Assembly: GCA_964634735.1 (NCBI GenBank)
Contig: CAZWMA010000009.1
Coordinates: 3,378 to 67,377, forward strand
DNA from: an uncultured Nitrososphaerota archaeon
Lineage (GTDB): Archaea > Thermoproteota > Methanomethylicia > Methanomethylicales > Methanomethylicaceae
Length of the DNA: 64,000 nt
Direction: 5' to 3'
Part shown: piece after piece, positions 47,791 through 55,184 of the stretch
How positions within the stretch are numbered: the first letter of the stretch is position 1
Layout: the number at the start of each line of letters is the position of its first letter
Notes under the pieces: model-generated
Seen by the model: the letters and a program-made list of their open reading frames with translations, nothing else
The model's database searches: none
What the model was told of the DNA's origin: nothing
Position numbers and translations under genes: made by a program

Positions 47791-48180
47791 ATGACTGAAC
47801 GACTACAAGTCTACAAATGTGAAATCTGCGGAAACATAGTGATGGTGCTGCATGCTGGCACAGGGGCGCTAGTCTGTTGCGGTCAGCCCATGAAGCTCCA
47901 GCAGGAGAACACTGTCGACGCCAGCAAGGAGAAGCACGTCCCAGTAATAGAGAAGACCAAAAATGGCGTGCTTGTAAAGGTCGGTGCAGTGGCGCATCCC
48001 ATGGAGGAGAAGCATTACATCGAGTGGATTGAAGCATACTCTGGGGATACAGTGATGCTAAAGTTCCTCAAGGCAGGAGACAAGCCCGAAGCGCTCTTCG
48101 AGAATGTGAAAGACTCCAAGAAGGCCAGGGAGTACTGCAACGTTCACGGGCTATGGGCATTGAAAAAGACATCGGGATAA
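47791..48180 (+). CDS. dfx: Desulfoferrodoxin (superoxide reductase)
   Basis: YKC..CGNIV...L.CCG.PM plus EKHVP, HPM...HYIEWI, YCN.HGLW. Confidence 0.95.
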   Translation: MTERLQVYKCEICGNIVMVLHAGTGALVCCGQPMKLQQENTVDASKEKHVPVIEKTKNGVLVKVGAVAHPMEEKHYIEWIEAYSGDTVMLKFLKAGDKPEALFENVKDSKKAREYCNVHGLWALKKTSG

Positions 48181-48355
48181 CAATCCCCCTTTTTTATTGT
48201 AAACAATCGCAAATTTGCCAGTTTTATTGAAGTACAATAGCAAATTTTGTTTAGGCATTTTGCGTTATATTTGAATATTTTTCAGTATTTTGCCAGAAAG
48301 TTTTATATATCTTGTAAAAGATGTGTAAAAAATTGTTTTGATATCTGGTGATAGC

Positions 48356-49720
48356 ATGAAAAACTTCAAGGATGCAACATGGAAGCAGAAAGTGACTGAT
48401 GTTGTCAAGAAGATCAAGGACAACGAAATCAAGTTTGTAAGGCTTCAATTCACTGACATCAACGGCATGGTAAAGAGTTTGGCGGTCAGCTCAAAGAATA
48501 TTGAAAGCATCTTCGAGAACGGCCAATCTTTTGACGGCTCGTCGATAACAGGATACAGGCCGATAGAGGAGTCGGACATGGTGCTCTACCCCGACCCGAA
48601 CACGTTTGCGGTCATCCCATGGAGACCTAAGGAGAAGTCATCATGCAGGCTCCTCTGCGACATATATACGCCCAACAACGCACGCTTCGAGGGAGACCCC
48701 AGGTATGTCTTGGAGAGAGCGCTGACTAAGCTTCGCGATGCAGGGTATACCTACTTCTGCGCGCCAGAGCTTGAGTTCTTCATAGTGAAAGAGGGGGAGA
48801 ACGGCAATGGACCTACTCCAATAGACATGGCAGGTTACTTCGATTTCCATCCAAGCGACCTCACTGATGATCTCAGGAGGGAGATAGCTGATGCTGCTGA
48901 GAGTTTCGACATTGAAATCGAGATATCTCACCATGAGGTGGCGCTTGGGCAGAACGAGATGGACTTCAAGTATGATGAAGGCTTGATTACGGCGGATAGG
49001 GCGGTCTCGATGAAGGTAGTGACCAAAGTGGTGGCAGCAAGGAATGGTTACGTTGCCACTTATATGCCGAAGCCCTTCTTCGGCGTTAACGGTTCAGGCA
49101 TGCACGTCCACCAGAGCCTGTGGAACGAGGATAGGACGAAGAACGTGTTCTATTCAGACGACCCTGAGAAGGGGTACCTCTCCGACATGGCGCGGTATAG
49201 CATTGGAGGGCAACTGTTGCACGGCAGGGAGATGTGCGGAATCCTCTCATCGTGGCCAAACTCCTATAAGAGGCTCGTGCCAGGATACGAGGCGCCAGTC
49301 TATGTGGCGTGGGCATTCAAGAACAGGTCACCGCTCATAAGAGTGCCAAACTTCGGCGGCAGGAAGAATGCGGCGAGGTTTGAGATAAGGTGCCCGGACC
49401 CTGCAGGCAACCCATATCTGCAAATCGCGGTGCTCGCAGCAGCCACTCTTGATGGAATAAGGAAGAAGGCGGATCCAGGTCCACCAACCGAGTTGAACGT
49501 ATACAAGATGACTTACGAAGAGCGGAAGGCTAAAGGAATTGTCTCGCTCCCCGAGAGTCTCAAAGAGGCGCTGGACGAGATTGAGAAGAGCAGTTTCATC
49601 AGGGAAGTGCTCGGCGATGTTGCGTTCAACAACTATCTCTCTGTTAAGAGGAAGGAATGGGACAGCTACAAGATGCAGGTAACTAATTGGGAGATAGAGA
49701 GGTACCTCAAGAGGCTCTAA
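48356..49720 (+). CDS. glnA: Glutamine synthetase type I
   Basis: FDGSSI.GY, ELEF, HHEV, NGSGMHVHQSL, NSYKRLVPGYEAP, R.E.R.PDP; GGTGA before ATG. Confidence 0.97.
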   Translation: MKNFKDATWKQKVTDVVKKIKDNEIKFVRLQFTDINGMVKSLAVSSKNIESIFENGQSFDGSSITGYRPIEESDMVLYPDPNTFAVIPWRPKEKSSCRLLCDIYTPNNARFEGDPRYVLERALTKLRDAGYTYFCAPELEFFIVKEGENGNGPTPIDMAGYFDFHPSDLTDDLRREIADAAESFDIEIEISHHEVALGQNEMDFKYDEGLITADRAVSMKVVTKVVAARNGYVATYMPKPFFGVNGSGMHVHQSLWNEDRTKNVFYSDDPEKGYLSDMARYSIGGQLLHGREMCGILSSWPNSYKRLVPGYEAPVYVAWAFKNRSPLIRVPNFGGRKNAARFEIRCPDPAGNPYLQIAVLAAATLDGIRKKADPGPPTELNVYKMTYEERKAKGIVSLPESLKEALDEIEKSSFIREVLGDVAFNNYLSVKRKEWDSYKMQVTNWEIERYLKRL

Positions 49721-49831
49721 AAAAATCCAATGGTGCCCTCATCAAGGGCATATATTTATTTTTTTGTTGGCGCCTCCTTTCATCTTTTTGCAAAGTTTAT
49801 AGGTAGATTAGCGGTTTTATTTATTCGGTGT

Positions 49832-50110
49832 ATGTTCTTGAAGAGAAGGCTCATGGACATCCTTGCATGCCCGATATGCAAAAATCATCCTCTGGAACTC
49901 CTAGCTTTTGAGGAGAAAGAAGAGATTGAGGAAGGGATGCTTCTGTGCGGAAGCTGCGGAAGGTGGTATCCGATCATCGAGACCATACCGCATATGCTGC
50001 CGGATGACCTCAGGGACGTTGCAGAGGACAAAGGTTTCTTGATCAAGTGGGGTAAGAAGGTTCCTGAGCGCGTATCGAAGAACGGAAAGCCGTTCAATCT
50101 AGTTGAATGA
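49832..50110 (+). CDS. trm112: Trm112-family methyltransferase activator
   Basis: KRRLMDILACP.CK..PLEL, IEEG.L.C..CGRWYPI...IP.MLPD. Confidence 0.9.
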   Translation: MFLKRRLMDILACPICKNHPLELLAFEEKEEIEEGMLLCGSCGRWYPIIETIPHMLPDDLRDVAEDKGFLIKWGKKVPERVSKNGKPFNLVE

Positions 50111-50196
50111 AGGTACAGCAGAACTTTGAAAAGAAGGAAAATTAAGAAGAGGAAAGCGAAGGCTTTCCCTGAACTATTGAATGAAAGAAAAAGAGA

Positions 50197-50340
50197 TTAC
50201 TTTTTCTTATCACATTTCTGGCAATGAATCTCTCCATTAGCTAACATTGTGCCTTCCTCACCGAATGGTGGGCGATGGCAGATATAGTATGTGCTACCAG
50301 ATGGAGTCTTATAGGTCTCAAACAGCGTGCATTGCGGCAT
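50197..50340 (-). CDS. 47-aa Cys/His-rich small protein (absent from ORF track)
   Basis: MPQCTLFETYKTPSGSTYYICHRPPFGEEGTMLANGEIHCQKCDKKK; GGAGGTG 8 nt upstream; U-rich tract after the stop. Confidence 0.6.
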   Translation of the reverse strand: MPQCTLFETYKTPSGSTYYICHRPPFGEEGTMLANGEIHCQKCDKKK

Positions 50341-50467
50341 TTAACTTACACCTCCGAACATATCGACATTCCTAAAAAATGGAGCTACTATATAAAGATT
50401 GTTTGTCCTAGGTTCTGTAAAGTTGCCGGTTGGTTGGACCCGTTGTAAAAAAACGGTGGGTAAGGCA

Positions 50468-51571
50468 TTAATCTCGTGCTTTTAGCTTGGCAATTGATTC
50501 TAGTTGTTTCAGAAGGTCTTTATCAATTGAAGATTTAGTTGCAACATAATCTTTAATTTTCTCAACACCTACCATTGATCGAACCTGTGTTGCTTCAGAG
50601 AGTTGTTCTAAGCGATTACGCTTCTTTAATTCGTCTGAAGTTACGGTCCTTCCTATAATTTCAGAAACACGCGAATATGGCGATATTAAATAGGAATATC
50701 GCTCTTTAGAAAAGACCTTTGCACGCTGTTCAGCAGGCGGTTTACCTTCAATAATTTCTACTTTTTTATTATTGTCGCGTCCTCTTGATTTGAAAGTAGT
50801 TCCAAAAATATCAATATATGAAAATATGCTGAGAAAGTCATGCGCTTTGATCTCATTTTTCTCATAGGGTGAATATCCAAGATTGCACCCATATATCAAA
50901 GTCTCAGATAAGGGGGTAACAGTTCGTATTTCAGAAAGTATGTTACGGAGGTCAATTTCACCAGATTCGAATATGTTACGTAGACCCGCATCTATGGCAT
51001 ATGATGTTATGCCATTATTTTGGTAAAGATTAATGATCGGTTTTGTAAATTTTACTGATGATAGTAACGGAACCGTTCCCATAAACGCCTTATGATTACC
51101 AGAACTCTCACATTCATCAATGATTATTTTCATCATATGCAGATATTTTTCCAACCTATCCAATGTTAATTTTCCATCTACTTTGAATAAGCCACTTTTT
51201 ACTGTAGGTAAGACAATTACCTTATCGCTAGCGGAATAAAGACAATTTGACAATAACCTCAAAGTTTCATCAGATGGAACCGAGTCGATCTTTAGGTCAA
51301 ACAATGTCAAGTTTAACTTTCTTAATACATACTGTAATCTTATTTTCGAGATGAAATCGTTTTTATCGTCGGTTAATGACAAGAGTAAATCATCGTCTAT
51401 TTTCCTAACAATTTCATTAGCCATAATAGGAGTTTCGTATGGTTTTTTGATATTCTTCAAAGATACTGTTGGAGTCTCTATCGATTCATCGCTTGAAATT
51501 TTTACTTCTTTTCGAATAACACCGAGGTCATCGTCTTTCATGATTAGGTTAGTTTTTAATACCTTCGCCAT
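50468..51571 (-). CDS. Uncharacterised 367-aa protein, possibly a degenerate TGT-like TIM barrel
   Basis: Long AT-rich ORF; N-terminal K.I.....IETP and later FMGTVP / YAID / IDIFG echo TGT strands; no C-terminal Zn site. Confidence 0.5.
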   Translation of the reverse strand: MAKVLKTNLIMKDDDLGVIRKEVKISSDESIETPTVSLKNIKKPYETPIMANEIVRKIDDDLLLSLTDDKNDFISKIRLQYVLRKLNLTLFDLKIDSVPSDETLRLLSNCLYSASDKVIVLPTVKSGLFKVDGKLTLDRLEKYLHMMKIIIDECESSGNHKAFMGTVPLLSSVKFTKPIINLYQNNGITSYAIDAGLRNIFESGEIDLRNILSEIRTVTPLSETLIYGCNLGYSPYEKNEIKAHDFLSIFSYIDIFGTTFKSRGRDNNKKVEIIEGKPPAEQRAKVFSKERYSYLISPYSRVSEIIGRTVTSDELKKRNRLEQLSEATQVRSMVGVEKIKDYVATKSSIDKDLLKQLESIAKLKARD

Positions 51572-51603
51572 ATTTATAGGAAGGGTTTTCTATGAATTTA
51601 AAC
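51572..51603. promoter_or_regulatory. 32-bp bidirectional promoter for two leaderless genes
   Basis: TTTATA (51573-78) centred ~28 nt before ATG 51604; TTTAAA (51597-602) centred ~28 nt before minus-strand ATG 51571. Confidence 0.55.
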
Positions 51604-52278
51604 ATGTCTTATATTAGCGATTATGGTTTGGATTCACCTGCTCGTGGTCTCACATTATTGGTTCTTTCAATTGAAGATAAGAAAAAAAGGAAACTAATGG
51701 ATACAATTCACATACATAAAACAATTAGATATTTCTTAGCTTTGACTGGTAAAAAAAATGTAGGTTACTCAAACTATAAATTAGGAGGGGTTTCTTTCGA
51801 GATAGAAGACACATTAGATATTTTACAAGAGAATGGCTTAATTGATCAGTTGGATAACGGGTATATTCCTACTGCTGAGGGGGAATTGGTTGTAAAGCGT
51901 GGATTGAAAGATTTTTATGGTAATGACGTTTTTGAAAAATTGTCCTTTGCCAAGAGAAGGTTAAACGAATTAATTAGTAATGAACTGATGTATTTCATGT
52001 ATAATATGCTTCCTGAAACAAAAGAAAATTCTACAGAGTTTTTACGATTGGAAAAAGACCGTGATAAGTTAATAAGAAATCTTTTTTTAAAAGGTACTAT
52101 TGATATAGAAAATTATAGATTTTTTGGAATAACCGATAAGCAATTCAATGAAAGCATGGCCATTGCTAATGATTCTGAATTTATAGACGCTATTGAAAAA
52201 GGCAGTAAAGATATTCAACAAGGCAACATGCGACCACTATCCGAGTTATTGCGCAAACACAAAGTGTATTGCACTTGA
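51604..52278 (+). CDS. Putative antitoxin: YwgA/SocA(Panacea)-like wHTH domain with RelB/YefM-like C-terminal tail
   Basis: HK..RYF, Y..YKLGG.S..I.D.L..L..NG.I; tail NDSEFIDAIEKGSKDIQQGNMRPLSEL; directly upstream of relE. Confidence 0.6.
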   Translation: MSYISDYGLDSPARGLTLLVLSIEDKKKRKLMDTIHIHKTIRYFLALTGKKNVGYSNYKLGGVSFEIEDTLDILQENGLIDQLDNGYIPTAEGELVVKRGLKDFYGNDVFEKLSFAKRRLNELISNELMYFMYNMLPETKENSTEFLRLEKDRDKLIRNLFLKGTIDIENYRFFGITDKQFNESMAIANDSEFIDAIEKGSKDIQQGNMRPLSELLRKHKVYCT

Positions 52279-52291
52279 TAAGGTCTGAAGC

Positions 52292-52582
52292 ATGTACGAA
52301 ATCGTATATTCTCGCTATTTTGAAAAACAGCTTGATAAGCTCGGCGACAATGGCATTATTACAAGGATTTTAAAAGGAATATGCGATTTAGAAAGAGATC
52401 CGCTAATAGGTGAAAAACTACTTAATTTTCAATCTTACAGAAGTCTTCGAATTGGTGATTGGCGAGTAATTTACGAGATTAAAGATTCTCAAGTTCTCAT
52501 CGTGGCAATGGGTCACGGACATGATATTTATGATGAGCTTAAGAGATATAATAGAGCAACGAGGAAGTCCTTATCAATTTAG
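52292..52582 (+). CDS. relE: RelE/ParE-family toxin
   Basis: MY.I.YS..F.KQL.KL, P..G..L, LRIGDWRVIYEI, ..GH..DIY. Confidence 0.88.
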   Translation: MYEIVYSRYFEKQLDKLGDNGIITRILKGICDLERDPLIGEKLLNFQSYRSLRIGDWRVIYEIKDSQVLIVAMGHGHDIYDELKRYNRATRKSLSI

Positions 52583-53654
52583 ACTAGCGTTCTGTATCAA
52601 CGTCTTCCATTTATCATTCCCCATCACTTCAATTCCGCAAGCCTCTGCGGGGGGCTTTCCCTTCAGCGCCTCGTGCGGGCGAATGAAGTTGTGGTAAATC
52701 TGGTGGCCGGCGAATATCGGCGTCTTCTCGGACTTCAGCCCGCGCATGACCTTCTCTCGGTCCCTTATCGAGCCGTTGAAGCGCTCCATCTTATTGTTGT
52801 TCATGTCGCCCTGAAGCTTGATCGTATTGATGTGGACAGTTCGCGGCTGTGCTGACGTATAGTACTCCTTCCGCCACGCCTCATGGTAAGACTCCAAGCC
52901 ATCGGTTATGATGACGTTGGGGTTCCTTCCAGCTACTTCTTTAGCCATCCTGAAGAGGTTCCGGGCGTCGTGCTTGTGCTTCGTCTCTGCAACCTCTTGG
53001 GCAAGCCAGAACCGCGTCTCGTCGTCGATCAGCGCGAAGAGGTACTTGAGATCGCCCTTCATCTTTATGAAAAGCTCGGCAGCCCTCCATGCGCCTGAGA
53101 CGTTCGGCTTCAGTCCATCGGCGTATTTCTGGAGGAGCGCGGAATACTTCTTGATCCAGTTGTAAACGGTCTGATGGGAAACCTGAAAGCCCAACAGCTT
53201 GAGGGAGTGCATCGTGTTCCTCAACGACTCCCCGCCGTAGTAAAGCTGCATAGCCATCGTGATCGCCTTCGGGTCGTGCTTCATGCGCTCAAAGCCCAAG
53301 TTGAAAGAGAACTTGCTGCTGCAATCCTTGCACCGGTAGGTCTGGATGTTGCATGACCTGTTCCTCCGGATTCCCCACTTCATTATGTTGGAAGAGCCGC
53401 AGATCGTGCACTCGGTTAGGGTCTCTATTGGCTCGATCCTCCGTATGGCAACTTCCGTCCTCATGGCAAGCGAGATGTGGACCGCGATCAGGTGCTTGCA
53501 GGTAGCGCGCCTGTAATAATAGTCAGGGCAGTTGCAAAGCTGTGCCCTGAACTGCCCGTAGAAACAATCTACCCATTGATGACATTTGACTCAGGCGATT
53601 TCAGGTAGCACAATCGCCTGAAATCAATTTCCCTTTTTTCTTATTCGCTTCCAT
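52574..53654 (-). pseudogene. IS6/IS240-like DDE transposase with SWIM and InsA-type zinc fingers, decayed
   Basis: In-frame SWIM CNCPD...CKH upstream of ATG 53464 with no start codon (TGA at 53591-93); C..C/C..C ribbon; HTH; WRAAE in place of W.ADE; TDG; N..ER.N. Confidence 0.8.
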
Positions 53655-53795
53655 AACGTGACCGGTGACAATGAGAATGGCCACATACGGGCTCAAGCTC
53701 CCTGACTGGTCATTTTATGGAGATTAACAAAGAACTGCCCGGGAAGGTACATTTTTTAACGAAGACGCGGTATCGTCACGTGGTGCGGATTTGTC

Positions 53796-54599
53796 GTGGA
53801 GGGCGAAATCGCTGTAGGGATTGTGCAGATCGCGAGCTGCGCAGACAAGACGAAGAACCTGGCTAAGGCGCGGCGGATGTTAGTAGAGGCTGCAGATAAT
53901 GGGGCAGAGCTTGTCCTTTTGCCGGAGCTTTTCAATTACTTGCCGCCGAGGATTGACAAAGAAGCCTACGCCGAACAGGCCGAGGGGATTGATGGTAAGA
54001 CGCTCTCCATGGTGGCAGATGTTGCTAATGAAAAGGGGATTGCCATAATCGCAGGAAGCATGATTGAGAGAGATGGCGCAGAGCTTTACAACACCTGCTA
54101 TGCAGTCTCCCCAAAGGGCATTGTTGCGAAGTACAGGAAGACACACCTGTTCACATACGGGAAGATAAACGAGGGGCAGGTCTTCAAGCCTGGGGTTGCC
54201 AGCGTGGTGGCGGAGATAGCGGGTTTTAGGGTGGGATTGACCATCTGCTTCGACCTGCGGTTCCCGGAGCTTTATAGGAAGGAGGCTATTGATGGCGCGG
54301 AGTTAATTTCCAATGTAGCTGCATTCCTTCTCGAGACAGGTAAGGCGCACTGGATGACACTGCTCAGGGCACGGGCCATAGAGAATCAGATATACATAGT
54401 TGCGGCAAATCAGGCGCTGGGCGGTTCCGGAGGACCGGAATACTTCGGGCACAGCTGTATAGTAGATCCGTGGGGAAAGGTTATCGCCTTGGCGGGTGTC
54501 GAGGAGTGCATCATCTCAGGGGTAGTGAAGAGGAGCAGAGTATCGCAAGTAAGGGAGAAGCTCCACTGCATCGAAGCAGCAAGGGGTGCAAAGTTCTAG
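53796..54599 (+). CDS. Carbon-nitrogen hydrolase (Nit family amidase)
   Basis: Catalytic triad motifs LPELF, YRKTHLF, ICFDLRFPE; RARAIENQ. Confidence 0.92.
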   Translation: MEGEIAVGIVQIASCADKTKNLAKARRMLVEAADNGAELVLLPELFNYLPPRIDKEAYAEQAEGIDGKTLSMVADVANEKGIAIIAGSMIERDGAELYNTCYAVSPKGIVAKYRKTHLFTYGKINEGQVFKPGVASVVAEIAGFRVGLTICFDLRFPELYRKEAIDGAELISNVAAFLLETGKAHWMTLLRARAIENQIYIVAANQALGGSGGPEYFGHSCIVDPWGKVIALAGVEECIISGVVKRSRVSQVREKLHCIEAARGAKF

Positions 54600-54673
54600 T
54601 CAGAAGGGATTTTTGACGGGTAGGATGGAAGCTTTGGCAGAAGGTTGATAAAAAAAGGGAAAAAGGGCTTTGC

Positions 54674-54817
54674 TTACTTCTGAGCTGCCCTGAAGAACGC
54701 ACCACAGCCTGAACACTTGTACAGGCCGATTGTGATTGCTTTCTTGCCTTTCGGTGCTAAGCGCCACGTCTTTGTTGGCTTAGCAATTTCTACGCCGCAT
54801 TTCGGACACTTGGCCAT
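54674..54817 (-). CDS. cren7: Chromatin protein Cren7 homologue with two CxxC pairs (47 aa, absent from ORF track)
   Basis: MAKCPKCGVEIAKPTKTWRLAPKGKKAITIGLYKCSGCGAFFRAAQK; P.K.W.LAPKG.K...IGL.K....G..FR signature; GGAGG upstream. Confidence 0.85.
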   Translation of the reverse strand: MAKCPKCGVEIAKPTKTWRLAPKGKKAITIGLYKCSGCGAFFRAAQK

Positions 54818-54849
54818 CGAGATTTTCCTCCAAGATCTTCCTGATGATA

Positions 54850-54864
54850 ATCATGGTCCATGAT
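54850..54864. promoter_or_regulatory. Perfect 7-1-7 palindrome in the cren7 promoter
   Basis: ATCATGG-T-CCATGAT directly downstream (minus strand) of a TTTTTAATA TATA-like box. Confidence 0.45.
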
Positions 54865-55184
54865 ATTAAAAAGAGTTATGGTAATGGTGCACCATCAACA
54901 ACGGCTATTTATGGGCTTAATGGTAGCTGATGGAGGTATGTTGATGTTGATGTTTTTAAATGCAAATATAAAAAAATATATAAAAAAAAGTCATAAATTG
55001 TTTCATTTATATAAACTTTTTTAAGTTACATTACGCGGTTACAAGAGAAGTCAATAATTTGTATTGGTGGAATCCATTGCGTCCTAAAGGGAATGCGGAT
55101 GCTGATGAATGGATTTTGAACAGATGATATTGAGCGGGGACTTGATGCAGAGGGTTGTTCGAGAAATCAATCATAGCAGAAAGG

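Larger units (their letters stand above)
50109..53751. mobile_element. Putative 3.6 kb insert (AT-rich cargo plus IS6-like transposase remnant) bounded by direct repeat GAAGGTACA
   Basis: GAAGGTACA at 50109-50117 and 53743-53751; sharp AT enrichment ~50110-52580; TA pair and DDE remnant inside. Confidence 0.55.

Noticed and set aside
50411-50424. GGTTCTGTAAAGTT resembling an IS257/IS26-type terminal repeat
   Set aside because: It lacks the internal TGC of the consensus and no inverted partner was found near the transposase.
46057-51571. TGT-like gene plus OGG glycosylase as a type IV CBASS (Cap10/Cap11)
   Set aside because: No CD-NTase, QueC or effector is present; the OGG2 is a housekeeping type separated by prx, dfx, glnA and trm112.
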